A DNA stretch of 64,000 nucleotides from Octopus vulgaris. Lineage: Eukaryota. The notes beneath the pieces were generated by a model. That model was given only the letters and a program-made list of their open reading frames with translations. It searched no databases and had not been told where the DNA came from. Every line of letters begins with the position of its first letter. Position 1 is the first letter of the stretch. The stretch covers positions 162,750,001 through 162,814,000 of the forward strand of contig OX597814.1 in assembly GCA_951406725.2 (NCBI GenBank), read 5' to 3'. This document shows positions 1 through 13,814 of this stretch, piece after piece. The position numbers and the translations under genes are program-made.

Positions 1-399
1 TGCAATGGTACTAAAAGAACACTCGACACATACCTTAGGGAATTTAAGTATGTATATAAACAGTTTAATATAGGTTTATATTATTAACAGTTTCACAAAT
101 GTAGAAAGGCATGTCTGATCGATTGGACGGGGTAACACTAAGCCGTAAGATGGCTTCGGCTTCAGAATAAGCCTGGTTATCACTGAATAATAAGGAATGC
201 TGGATTATTTTTAGGTAATTTTGAAATCAGCACTTCGATGACTATTTGGTGTTACAGCGCTAGTCTGGTTAGTATATCAATATTTCGTGTTAAAATATGA
301 ATATGCTGTTAAATAACAACACTGAATGAATGCCTGATAGGTGTACTGCACCTGATAGGTGAAGTAAACCGATAAAGACACAGGTGTAACTGCTTCTTT

Positions 400-2445
400 A
401 GAGACTTGACTAGAAAAAGATGGCCAGCTTGATAAGGTTGAAGCTGATTACATTTTTATATAGAAAGGAAAATTGAAAGAAGAGCACTGACAGAGATGTT
501 GATTGCAATCCGTTTTGAAGTGTTCATATAATTGCAACTTCCTACTGTCATAAACGAATGATTGAACAACCAATGATTGCATCTGCGCTGAAGGTGGGCG
601 ATATGGTTTTCTGATAAGTACCTATGCTCCTACTCTGTTCAATTCTGATGAAGACAAAGATACATTCTACACCCAACATAGGGGAATACTCGGCAAAATC
701 TTCAACACTACAATGACAAGCTTGGAGTGCAGTGGTAGAAATAGGACTCCCTGGGTATTTAGATGCGGGAGGGTTGAATAGCTTTCATCTCATGCTTCTA
801 GAACCCTGTAAAGAATATGACCTATTTATTGCCAGCACTCACGTTATGCACAAAGGCGGTCATACAATAAAATGTATACATTCAAAGTCTAATGCTTGGC
901 ACTTGCTTTGGATACATGTAATCTAGAAGCTCATTGGTGACTCAGTATTGAACGGACTATTGTTTAGTACATACAAGGTTCAGGATGCTAATTAAGGTGA
1001 GAGAAAGAAGAGGACCAGCTCAGATATTTAATCACGCTGTGAGTAAGGATCTTGAAAAATGTTTACCCAGTATGGAAAATATGACATTCACAGATTTTCG
1101 AGACCAGATTTTTATATAGAAAGAGAAAGTGAAGGCTAGTCATTGGGATTAGTCTGATGAGCATGAAATGATTCAAAAAGTTTTGTTTACAACGCATGAT
1201 GTTCATAATGTATTAAATCTACAGCGAGCTATTGACATAGTAGTTGAATGTAGCTATAAAATCTGAACTGCAGTAGGCACACTGGCAGATACAGAACATG
1301 TGATGGGAGAGACTTCTTCATAGCATTCAAGCGGCCAATGATTGCCTGGGCCTTAAGTTCAGCATCAGGTTAGACTTAGGGTCATAAAAGTTTAGCACTG
1401 GATTTGTTGCTCTCTAAGTTTGCTCTCTTTTATTCATTAAATGAACAAAGATCGTAGTTTGTTGGGTTGGTCGCTTTTCTGAATGATTAAACCGTCAGTC
1501 TGTTGTGGATAAGAGAATTATTGATGCCATTGAAGAAAATCTGTCACCATCTTCTTCAACAATGTCCCTTCACTAGACGAAATAGCAAAGACAATAAGTA
1601 AATCGAGTCTTGCGAAGGATTCTGATATAGATGGGATCTACTCTGAGGTCCTACGTTTCGGTGGTGAAAATCCTCACAAGTTGTATAGTCTAATGAGACG
1701 GAATTGTTCCCAGGGACTAAAGAAACGCAATTATGCTTCCTGTTTATAAAGGGAAGGGTGTTAGAATAAAATGTAGAAAACATAACATTGTTGGTCTGTT
1801 GTCATCTGCTGGTAGAGTTCTGGCAAATATTTTTACTCGCCTGCATAAATCCTTTGTAAATTCTGTCCTTGAACCTCACTGGATTTCTGTTTTGACAGAT
1901 ATGGAAATGATTTCTACATTCTTGTTCTCTATTCAGTTGCTGCCAATGCAGAATTCTACCAATTGCTTAATCGTGATCTAAATGCAGATAACTACAACTT
2001 ACAGTTGAAGATATGCAAAATCTTACGGATCCGTAATCAAGCATTATGTAAAACACTTGGGCTCAGAATCTAGACAAGACCGCTGAAATGTTTCATCCTG
2101 ACCCAAGATGCATGTATGAACCCATCTGTTTTAATTGAAAGAACAAAACTGCATGTAGTAGAGAGTCTTGTCTTCCTGAGCAGCACACAGCTTATTTTAT
2201 TTATTGGATAGTGAAATATCTCTAACGTTTCAGAAATTGACTGATTTTTATAGGACTTTTCAGTCTCGTATCTAGTTGTAATATAAAATTACGAGGTTGG
2301 CCAAGAGGCCTGTGTGTATATATGTGTGTATATGTGTATATGCCTTCTCATCTTTACTTATGAGGCATAGGTCCTTTACAGACAGTAGGTAAATATTTTT
2401 GAGAGTTTTCCTCTGAGATGTTTAAAATATTCTGAATGTCAGTAG
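400..2445 (+). mobile_element. Highly decayed RTE-clade (BovB-like) LINE with APE endonuclease and RT remnants
   Basis: Fragmentary translations match RTE ORF motifs in the expected order: TYAPTLFNSDEDKDTFY (~620-670), HSKSNAWHLL (~880-910, cf. HPRSKHWHLID) and PVYKGKGVRIKCRKHNIVGLLSSAGRVLA (1733-1830, cf. [27 protein letters not shown]). Many stops and frameshifts. Confidence 0.8.
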
Positions 2446-2869
2446 ATCTTCGCAAAACATCGCGAGATATTGTCTCCGACACTGCAGTGACTATACCAAC
2501 TCACCGCCCGCCGCAAATACATCAACATACTCTTCATCTCTCTCTCTCTCTCCCTCCCTCTTTCTCTCTCATGTACACATATTTTCTCACAGTCATACAT
2601 TGTTTTCACACATACCAATGGGCCAAGAGATGTAAATACTTTCAAGTACACACACACACACAAACTCACACACTTTCTCTGCACTTACACTTCATATACA
2701 ATTACATTTCACTCAACTCTACACACAAACACACATAGATGCACACATTCAGACACACACGTCTGTACAAATATAAAGTCTAACAAATTCATAATCCATC
2801 CAGCCGTTCTTCAGTTTAGTGACCTAACATCAACTGCCACCACCACCTGCCCCTTCCCTGCCGCCGCCG

Positions 2870-2890
2870 CTGCTACTGCTGCTGTTGTTG

Positions 2891-2957
<67 letters not shown>
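2870..2957. repeat. (CTG)/(CTA)n microsatellite
   Basis: Direct reading. Confidence 0.95.
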
Positions 2958-3654
2958 ACCCTCTCCGTGAAATTAGCCTACCCCCATCTATGTTAAACTG
3001 TTCATAATTCTCTCGTTCATAGTGTATCGCCAGTTGCTGCTAGGAAAACCACTTTAAAAGATTTTGGCTTTATTTTCTTCACCAAATCATTACCATTATC
3101 AACACCACCACCACCGTTACCACTTCCACTAACATCATCATTATTAACATCATCATCATCATAATCATCATGATTGTGACAGATTATGCAATTTTGTTGT
3201 CTGAGTAGTGTCGATTTTCGGTTTTCAACACTTTAAGTAGGCTTACAATGAACTATAGTAATGTAAACATATTTATTCCTTGCTTTTAATGTGTGATTGC
3301 TCAATATCTTTGTAAAATATTTAAGATTTAAACTCATTATTGTACTTCTGTTTCATATTGATCGCTGTATAAAATATACGTTGCTTAGTTAATGAAGAAG
3401 TGTTGAAAGCACGAATATGCGAATTAGTCTCTCTACAACAGTATTAGCTTAATTTCTGACTGCTTGATATAATGCATGACAAAACAATGCTATTGGTTAG
3501 GAGAGGGGACTGTGTCAGTTATCTCTGAGGAGCGGTCAACAAATCGTGAAACGGTCCGTCATGTGATAACCTCTCTTTTCCAACACATCGTAAGCATAGA
3601 ATGAACGTGTTTACTTTCTTGTAACTTATTATCACAAGCAATGATTGCGTGCGC

Positions 3655-3697
<43 letters not shown>

Positions 3698-4695
3698 AAC
3701 ACGTGTTTACTAATATATTCACGGTTGTGTTGCAAACCCAATCTATTTTCTTTCGATATAAGGACAAAGCGATGGTCTAATTAAGCTGCCCCGTTCTGCT
3801 GTACTGATGCAGTTGAAGATTGCCCGTCTTATGAACGTCCGATCATTCATAAATCTTTTACTCAGATATGAAACAGGTAAAAACAATGCAATAATTCATA
3901 TATTTTTGGTTGTATCTTGAAGCACCCACATTATTTCCCTTTCTTAGTTACAGTTGCTTTATATTTATATTCGTGTCGAACTGGTGTCTATAGCAAGAAT
4001 TTATAGGAAATGCCTTATTGAACACTGACTGAAGACGTAAGACTTCACAGTAGCACCTCGATGCCCGTAAGTTATAACAAACGGTGAGTATATATTCTTT
4101 ATATGGATATATTCAAAATTTTTCCTTTTATTTGCTTTGTATTGACATCGGTCAGCGTTCCAACTAATTTCTAATTTACCTTTCAGAATACAGGCATACC
4201 TCAACTAAAGTCGTTTCCAGTTACATCGTTTTCGACTTTACAATAATGGAGAAAATAAACCTCAATTTCAGTTGATTTATTCAAATTTACGTCGGTCTCG
4301 TCGAACATTTTAAAGCATAGCAATTACAAAGAAAAACACCTGAAACCATTACTGAAGTGGAAGAATCAAACAAAATATGTGTACGAATAATTTTTTCGTG
4401 CTACGTGGTTTTTAGAGTTAAGTCGCATGTCTTGAAACCAATTGCCGACGTAGGTTGAAGTACGCCTGTACTCAGTAAATAAATGTTTCGATTAGACTAA
4501 TTAAGATGCAATTTTCAAGGTTTTGTGTGTGTGTGTGTGAAGTTACAAAGCGTAAGACAACACAAAAACACACGTAGACACGTAGATGGACATAACATGT
4601 ATGTGCATGCACTAGCATAGCACAAATATCACAGAGGCACACACGCTCGCTCACTCACTCACACACACACACACATTTGTTCATACATACATACA

Positions 4696-4764
<69 letters not shown>

Positions 4765-4850
4765 GTAGGTCCCGGGTTGATTCGGGGTTAACCACAGTAA
4801 GTAAGGTACTCAATACATAGCAGAGTAAAATTAATTTATTATATAGAAGG

Positions 4851-4901
4851 AGCTTCTACAGGACTAGTACTGTTTCATTCAAGAGAAATCTTCAGGAAGC
4901 T
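4851..4901 (-). ncRNA. Type I hammerhead ribozyme motif (minus-strand copy)
   Basis: Exact reverse complement of 5687-5737. Confidence 0.65.
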
Positions 4902-5323
4902 ATTTAACAAGAATTGTATTAGCATTTATACATTTAGGCAGGTTTAAAGGAGTGGTGGTGGGGGACTTTTTGGGGGTAGGCATAGCGCAAAATATCATAC
5001 TTGGGGGAGTGGTCAAGGAGTCAGTGGTAAGTTAGATGAAAGAATAGATAAATAAAAAAATAAAAAAATAAAAAATAAAAAATAAAAAATAAAAAATAAA
5101 ATAAAATAAAAAAATAAAAAAATAAAAAAATAAAAAATATAAAAAATATATATAAAAAAATATATATATAAAATATATATATAAAAAAATATATATAAAA
5201 AAAAGGGGGATAGAGTTATAGGTAAATAAGGAGATTCTCACTTATACCTATACACACATGTATACGTATCTACACACACATACATACATACACATATATA
5301 TACACACACATATATATATACAC

Positions 5324-5354
<31 letters not shown>

Positions 5355-5507
5355 CACATGTACACACATACATACATATCTACATACACACATACATACA
5401 CCCGCCCACATATACAAATTTATACACATGCACATGCCTATACCTGTCTACACATACACACACGTATATATGCATACACTCACTCCCATGCATGCAGGCA
5501 TACACAC

Positions 5508-5541
<34 letters not shown>

Positions 5542-5686
5542 ATTCTTTCATCTAACTTACCACTGACTCCTTGACCACTCCCCCAAGTATGATATTTTGC
5601 GCTATGCCTACCCCCAAAAAAGTCCCCCACCACCACTCCTTTAAACCTGCCTAAATGTATAAATGCTAATACAATTCTTGTTAAAT

Positions 5687-5737
5687 AGCTTCCTGAAGAT
5701 TTCTCTTGAATGAAACAGTACTAGTCCTGTAGAAGCT
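5687..5737 (+). ncRNA. Type I hammerhead ribozyme motif
   Basis: AGCUUC-CUGAAGA-uUUC ucuu GAAu-GAA-ACAG uacuaguc CUGU-A/GAAGCU. Stem I is 6 bp and stem III is 4 bp with palindromic ACUAGU in the loop; the cleavage triplet is GUA. Stem II is short and opens with a non-canonical U-U. Confidence 0.65.
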
Positions 5738-5748
5738 CCTTCTATATA

Positions 5749-6205
<457 letters not shown>

Positions 6206-6220
6206 ATATATATATATATA

Positions 6221-6495
6221 GCCACGAAACACGCGTCGTTATTCTACCAATTATATACGTTTTTATTATTTTTTTGCAATTTACTTAATCAATGGTATTT
6301 TATTGTTATTTTAATTTTAATATTTCTATCATATGTAATTTTCTAGATAGTGTAATTTAATTATTCATTTTGAATTGATAAAAGGTGGCTTTTTCTAATT
6401 TTTTATATATATATATTATATTGTGTGAAATTTGATTTAGTATTTCTAAATTGAATTTTTGCCCTGTAAGTTAAGATTAATTTTCCCTCAAATAA
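6221..6495 (+). mobile_element. Fragment of an HHR-bearing (Penelope-like) element 3' end
   Basis: Begins with the 3' half of a hammerhead (GAAAC-ACGC-GTC). Its end (6420-6490) resembles the reverse complement of 8780-8850. Confidence 0.4.
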
Positions 6496-6533
<38 letters not shown>

Positions 6534-6992
6534 GGTTGTGTGGTGAGAAGTCTACTTCCCAATCGCATACTTCCGGGTTCAGTTCTGCAGCCTGACACCT
6601 TAGACAAATGTCTTCTACTATAACTTCGGGCTAACCAAAGCTCTGTGACTGGATTTAGCAGACGGAAACTGAAAGAATCCCGTCGCATATATATATATAT
6701 ATATATATATAAATGTATGCATGTGTGTATGTGTATGTATGTGTACGTGTGTGTATGAGTGTGCCTGTGCGTGTGTACGTGTGTTTCTTTGTGTCTTTGT
6801 TTGCTCCCCTACACCACTACCGCTTGACAACCGGTGTTGGTCTGTTTACGTCACCGTAATCTAGCAGTTCGGTAAAAATAGAGACCAATAATTACCGAGC
6901 CTAAATGAAAAAAAAAGTACTGAGGTCGATTCATTCGACTAAAGAATTCCTCAAGGCGGTGCCCCAGCATGACCGCAGTCTAATGACTGGAA
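6534..6992 (+). mobile_element. tRNA-derived SINE, family B (internal microsatellite)
   Basis: Head GGTTGTGTGGTGAG...CCGGGTTCAG, body GGATTT..AGACGGAAACTGAAAGAA, tail GGCGGTGCCCCAGCATG.CCGCAGTC.AATGACTG, shared with more than 8 copies in the window. Confidence 0.85.
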
Positions 6993-7859
6993 TCATGTAT
7001 GTGTGTGTATGCTTGTATGTAAGTATGTATACATGTATGTAAACACACACACACACACACACTTATATACATACATATATACATACACACACATGCACAT
7101 ATGCTAGGGAGTTAGTGACCGTACTGGAGTGGGGGTGTTTGAATGTGGAAAATTACGCATATGAGCCTAATATATGTGCGTAGATGGGTCGTTTGAACGA
7201 AGCTGTGGTGATGACAAACGTCACAAAGTTATGGGGTTAGTATGTCTGCCTATTAGTCAGCAATTCATATTTTACTACTATATTAATTGCTGAATTATTA
7301 CTATTGATCAGGAAAATCTACACCTCTCCTCTCCACTTTCACTCTCCACCACCTTCACTCTGCAGTTGATTCTCTGGTGTGAGCATGTGACATTTGATTT
7401 TTGGTTGATACTGGTAGCGAGCAGAGGAGGTGGGAGTCAAAAATGAAAACAGTGTATCCGCCATCATTCACCATCATCCGCCATCTTTGCATGCTTGTGT
7501 ATTTAATCATTCTCGCTCTCTATCACTCCCTGCCTATCAACCTCGAGGTCGTGACATTTTGTGATAATGGAATATCTCTTTTGCCCTCCGAGGGCAGTCA
7601 TCGACATGGATAAAGGCTGTCTTGGGAATAACTTAACTTCACTCACTTATTCCCTTCCTTCAAACTTTGCTGACTGAGCGAAGCGAAGCGAACCACCTTC
7701 ATCCTCCTCCAAGTAGTATTTAAAACGATGCGTGCATCTCATATCCACATTTACACATACTCCTATACACCACACACACGCGCACACACACACATAGATA
7801 TGGGTATAGATATATATGCATATATGCAAATACACATACACATGACCGGCTTCCAAACT

Positions 7860-7955
7860 CATATTCATATATGCATATATATGTATATGGATATATTCAT
7901 ATATGTATGCATTTATTGTTTATGTATTTATGCATTATGGGTATGTCTATGTATG

Positions 7956-8003
<48 letters not shown>

Positions 8004-8005
8004 AT

Positions 8006-8043
<38 letters not shown>

Positions 8044-8064
8044 ATATATATATATGTATATATA

Positions 8065-8137
<73 letters not shown>

Positions 8138-8164
8138 CATATATACATACATATATGTACATAC

Positions 8165-8197
<33 letters not shown>

Positions 8198-8380
8198 TGT
8201 GTATATGTATATGCAGGTGTGTCTGTATGCGTGTCTGCGTGTGCATGTGTATGTGTGTATGTGTTTTTATGTGCATGTGTATGCGTGCGCATGTGTGTTT
8301 GCGCGTGTATTTGTGTGTGCGTTCGTGTATATGTGTGTGTTTGTGTTTGTGTGTGTTTGTGTTTGTGTGTGTGTGTGTGC
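7860..8380. repeat. Compound (TA)n/(TATG)n/(TG)n microsatellite
   Basis: Direct reading; source of several spurious ORFs. Confidence 0.95.
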
Positions 8381-8706
8381 GAAGTCATGGTGAAGTGGTT
8401 ACGTTTTTTCTTTTGAATTATAAGCCCCGGTTCAATCTCAGAATATGGCATTTTGGAGCAAGCATATTCTGGCATACCCTTTGAATGAACCATGCCTTAC
8501 AAATTAAATATGTTAGATGGAATATCTGATAAGCCTGTGTAAGGATTGTATTTTTAACGCAAAAATCCAACTACACAATGTTTCACGCCGATTCTGCCTG
8601 TAGCTTACGTTAAAAGTACAAGTATCCTCGCAATGCGCATCGTTGAAAACTCTGGAGGGCCATAAAATTTACTTGCATGCACGTGTGTGCATGTCTGTAT
8701 GTGTAT

Positions 8707-8772
<66 letters not shown>

Positions 8773-8949
8773 ATAAATATTAGGGAATAAATCCAAATTT
8801 ACAGGGAAAAAATCAGATTTAGGATTAAATCCAATTTTATAGTAAAATATTATATAATATTAATTCGAGACAAAACCACTATTTTGCAAATCAAACAAGG
8901 AAAGACTTAATCAATACATAAAAAATTTTAATATAAAGTAAATAAACCG

Positions 8950-8993
8950 CCACTACAATTGTTTCATGTCTTCAAATGACATTCGTCAGGTGA
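8950..8993 (-). ncRNA. Minimal type I hammerhead ribozyme (minus strand)
   Basis: UCAC-CUGACGA-AUGUC auuugaa GACAU-GAAAC AAUU GUA/GUGG. Confidence 0.78.
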
Positions 8994-9055
8994 ATTTCCG
9001 ATCTTCTAATCAGTTTTAATTTACATAAATTAAAACTGATTAGAAGATCGGAAAT

Positions 9056-9099
9056 CCACCTGACGAATGTCATTTGAAGACATGAAACAATTGTAGTGG
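9056..9099 (+). ncRNA. Minimal type I hammerhead ribozyme
   Basis: CCAC-CUGACGA-AUGUC auuugaa GACAU-GAAAC AAUU GUA/GUGG. Complete CUGANGA/GAAA/NUH core, 4-bp stem I, 5-bp stem II and a palindromic minimal stem III (ACAAUUGU). Confidence 0.82.
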
Positions 9100-9983
9100 C
9101 GGTTTATTTACTTTATATTGAAATTTTTTATGTATTGATTAAGTCTTTCCTTGTTTGATTTGCAAAATAGTGGTTTTGTCTCGAATGAATATTATATATA
9201 TGTATATATATATATATTTTTATATATGTGTGTGTGTATCAGCGGTGACTAGTAAAGTGAACGTGTATTTTCAAGCTGATTTAATTTCTACTAACGCTCG
9301 GGCTCCTTTTATTGAATCTAGTCGCAGTTTATTTTCGTTCAGCATCTCGCGGTCGTCTTAGAGGTGCCCTGTATCAAAAAATATCCTTCGTATCAGACGT
9401 TCTCTCGACATCGTTCACATGCGCCTGATTCGGGCTCAGAAGTTACAGCCCGAGTTGTTATCTATAATCGTAAAAATTAGAAGTAATCAAAATTCAATGT
9501 TTTCTTGAAGCAATAAATTTCTATATAGATTATGATTTAAATTCCAGTTTATGAAAAATTACCGTTCTACAATATTGTGAAAGGAACGAAAAATTATCCA
9601 GCAACTCCGGGCTAATACGAATGAGCCTGGTAGGTGTAAAAGACTGAATTGCATCTCTTGTCAAGAGTACGTGCAACAGTCAGATCGCTGATGTTTGTTG
9701 TGGACTCAGTTGTTGTTATTTGATTGCTGTTATTCTGTGTATCAGTGTGTAAAGATCAGATGTGCTTTGCAGGGTTGCTTTATTTCTACCCTTAACTTAG
9801 AAACAGAGAAAGACATAGTGCTAGATATGAAAATTAAGCCATTTGGGACTACAAATATTGCGCAAAACGTGAAATTCTTCGAGCAGGTATGTGTCTTATG
9901 CGAAATCTGTGATGAGCCCGGGTGACGAAATTTGCGATAAGCCCTAGTGATGCTGATGACCTGGAGTTGCCTCAGACATTTTG

Positions 9984-10163
<180 letters not shown>

Positions 10164-10343
10164 AGATAAGAAAAATGGAGAAATACATCAAAGTCAAATA
10201 TCAATTACCAGATAATACTCAATCACATACTTTATTAAACCACCACATAAGAGACTGTAGGGTTAAATATAAAAAGCAGAACAAATCAGTGTACATAAAG
10301 GGATGTACATAAAAAAAGTGTACATAAAAGAGTAATGTTGTAT

Positions 10344-10379
<36 letters not shown>

Positions 10380-10468
10380 AGTCGATACATAAAAAAAATC
10401 AGGTTAGTTTACCATTAAACAGTAGATAATGTTGGGTATAATAAATGTTATTTTGAAAGCTTTGGCTG

Positions 10469-10516
<48 letters not shown>

Positions 10517-10542
10517 ATTAATATATATATATATATATATAT

Positions 10543-10780
10543 ATTCCAAAATGTAACTACACGTGAACTGTTGGCGATTTTTTCTTCCTTCTTCCTTTTC
10601 TTTTGGACCTTCTTATGTCTCCTGTTTCCAAAGAAAAGCTTTGCTCGAAACGTAAAACAATCACTCTTTCTTTCCTTCTCTGAGCGTACCACGTTACTCG
10701 ATTCGTTGTTTTTTCTTGTCTTCTTCCTCCATTTTGTGATTTTGTGTGTGCGTGTGTATACATATGTATACGCACTATAT
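10543..10780 (+). mobile_element. Penelope-like 3' region with a degenerate hammerhead (10624-10658)
   Basis: GTTT-ccaaaga-a-AAGC ttt GCTC-GAAACGTA-AAAC followed by CTGAGCG, the same layout as the minus-strand motif at 18767-18804. Confidence 0.5.
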
Positions 10781-11095
10781 ATTCTTTCTTCACTCGTTTA
10801 TTATTATTGTTCATATTCTCACTCATGTCCGTTGTCCAGAAATCTTTCGTCACACATCTGTGACCTCCTCAGCGACACTTTCTGTCTCGGTGTGCGCTCT
10901 TGCTCTGTTTGTTCCATTCAGTTCTCCTATAATATGTATCCTTATAGGAGAACAGAATGGACTAAGCCGAGTAAGCGCACACATGAAGACGGAAGGTGCT
11001 GATGAGGAGGTCACAGATATGTGACGAAAGATTTCCGAACAACGGACATAAGTTAGTATAAGAACAGTAATAAACCCGTGAAGAACGAATATTAT
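10780..11095. repeat. Diverged ~315-bp fold-back hairpin centred at ~10937
   Basis: GTTCTCCTATAA/TTATAGGAGAAC at the centre and TCTTTCGTCACACATCTGTGACCTCCTCA/TGAGGAGGTCACAGATATGTGACGAAAGA further out. A related single arm lies at ~19700-19800. Confidence 0.8.
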
Positions 11096-11096
11096 A

Positions 11097-11133
<37 letters not shown>

Positions 11134-11636
11134 CATGTATATGTATGTGTGTGTGTGCATGCATATAAATATATATGCATGTATATATGAATATACATAC
11201 ATTCATAATACATACACATACATACATATACATATATGGATAAATATATATATACATACGCATTTATATATATATATACATATATATATATACACAGAGA
11301 AAAAAATGGTGACAAGTAGGAACATAGATCTAGCTCCAGGGACATGTACGCAACTCACACGTATAGAAATAGCTATTTGCATAAGTTATGAATATGCAAT
11401 GCAGTATACATGTTGAGATAAAATGTTCATGCTTATAACGATGTTTTCTTCTGACTACTGAGCGTAATATCATGCATGTGCATCATATCATGATATCGTA
11501 GCGCTTGGCATTGAGCGCTTGCATCTCTACTACAAAATAGAATATACTGAGATGCATTCTGAAAATAATATACACGCATACACACACATATATTTCTATG
11601 TTTTGTGTGTATGTGTGCGTGCATGTATATATATGT

Positions 11637-12024
11637 GGAGGCACAATGGCCCAGTGGCTTAGGCAGCGGACTCGCGGTCGTGGGATCGCGGTTTCGATTC
11701 CAAGACCAGGCGTTGTGAGTGTTTATCGAGCAAAAACACCTAAAGCTCCACGAGGCTCCGGCAGGGGGGCAGGGGGGCAGGGTGGTGAACCCTGCTGTAC
11801 TGTTTCACCACAACTTTCTCTCACTCTTTCTTCCTGTTTCTGTTGTACCTGTATTTCAAAGGAACAGCCTTGTCACACTATGTGTCATGCTGAATCTCCC
11901 CGAGAACTACGTTAAGGGTACACGTGTCTGTGGAGTGCTCAGTCACTTGCACGTTAATTTCACGAGCAGGCTATTCCGTTGATCCGATCAACTGGAACCC
12001 TCGTCATTGTAACCGATGGAGTGC
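11637..12024 (+). mobile_element. tRNA-derived SINE, family C (tRNA-Arg-like head)
   Basis: A box TGGCCCAGTGG, GACTCGCGG anticodon-like region and B-box-like GTTTCGATTCC, then a GC-richer body flanked by microsatellites. Confidence 0.8.
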
Positions 12025-12029
12025 GACGT

Positions 12030-12079
<50 letters not shown>

Positions 12080-12237
12080 GTATATATATGTAATGTATGT
12101 ATGTATATGTATATATGCGTGTGTGTTTACATTAATATATTTGTTTATAAATGTACATACACACGTATACATAAGTATGTTTGTACATACATATATATGA
12201 ATGTGTGTGTACATATATCTATCTAATATATACATAT

Positions 12238-12277
<40 letters not shown>

Positions 12278-12553
12278 CACATATATATAATATATATATA
12301 CTGCCCTCAAAGTCTTATATTGTCGGTCAATGCTCAAAATAAATAATAGAATGACAGCCGGCAACTGATAAAGAGTCGTTTTTTATATTACTTGTCTTGT
12401 TTTCCATTTGTTTCGTTGTTTACATACACAACTTTATTTTCGTATTTCATGTTGTTTACGTTCTGCGACGTCCTGTACCCATATATGCATATCTGTATAC
12501 ATATATATGTATGTATATATAAGTAGATATATGTATATATGTATGTATATGTG

Positions 12554-12647
<94 letters not shown>

Positions 12648-13346
12648 TATATATATAATATATGTGCGATATTTGTCTTCGTTACAGAAAGTAGTAGAAA
12701 CGAATAACAAAACAAGAGGGGAAAATACACCAAGAATGAAAACTTCACTCCATCCTTTGTCAACTGGAAATCAGTACAATTTCGACACTTAAGGCAATAT
12801 TATTCATTCCAACGATGCCCCAATAAAATATTAGTGTGGAATGTCAACAAACAAAAACAAATATGCAAAACGAAAATAACAGAGTGCCAATACATTGCTA
12901 TCTTCAAAATTTGAATATTTTCAAAATATATTCTCTAAGATAAACTTCATTGACGCACAAAAGTTATTTGTGAAATTCTGTGTAGGTAATGCAGAAGATA
13001 ACAGTCTCGGACAATAAACGAGTATATTCTTCAATATCTATATACTGAGCTCTTTTTCTTCTTTTTTGTCTCACAGGAGTCGAGCCATCTGTCTATTGCT
13101 TGCCAGGATATCGCGTTACTGATTGCAGTTTCTAACTTTATCTATCAAATAATCATATATAAACGTTTTACTGGGTACATTAACTGTACTGTCTTTCACT
13201 CCTCGTATCGCATGAAAAATACAGACAAATTTTTATCCACTCCACTACCAGTGGTAGACGGCGCTGAAATTCTTCTCTGTCTATTCCTGAAAGCAAACGC
13301 TTGAAGATGAATAGTATTTGGTAGTTATTCAAATCGTACCCTTTTC

Positions 13347-13750
13347 TCTTTTTTTACTTGTTCAGTCATTGGACGGTGACCGTGCTGGGTCACCACCTTA
13401 AAGTGTTTAGTCGAACATGTCGTACCTAAGTACTTGTTTTTGAAAAAAGTCTAGTACTTACTCTATCGGTCTCATTTGACCGAACTACTAGGTTATTGGA
13501 AATAAACAACCCATAAAGAAACACTGGTTGTCTGTAGTGGCGAGGGAAGAACAAGCACAAAGACACATACACACGCAGTTACACATATACAACGGGCTTC
13601 CACATAGTTTCCGTCTATCAAATTCACTCACATGGTATTGGTCGGCTCGGGGTTATAATAAAAAGTACTTGTCCAAGGTGTTGTGCAGTGGGACTGAACT
13701 CAAAATTGTGCTGTTTCAAATTGAATTTCTTAACTACGCGGCTATGCCTT
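13347..13750 (-). mobile_element. SINE family B, diverged
   Basis: Reverse complement matches the family B head, body and tail. Confidence 0.8.
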
Positions 13751-13814
13751 TTTAAATACAGCTGAAATAAACATGAGAGATGCAGCAGCTACACAGACGT
13801 TTTACAAGCTCTTC

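Larger units (their letters stand above)
8851..9198. repeat. Near-perfect palindrome (arms 8851-9023 and 9026-9198, 2-nt spacer) carrying two divergent hammerheads
   Basis: CAGTTTTAATTTA-ca-TAAATTAAAACTG at the centre; the ~173-bp arms show only a few mismatches. Confidence 0.93.

Noticed and set aside
7728-8493. Long YI/HT/CV-rich ORFs here and throughout the window
   Set aside because: They are translations of dinucleotide and tetranucleotide microsatellites, which lack stop codons by construction.
9905-9965. GTGATGA...GAAA and CTGATGA strings
   Set aside because: No consistent three-way junction could be folded.
11637-11712. tRNA gene
   Set aside because: tRNA-like head of a SINE; no proper acceptor stem, and it continues into a repeat body.
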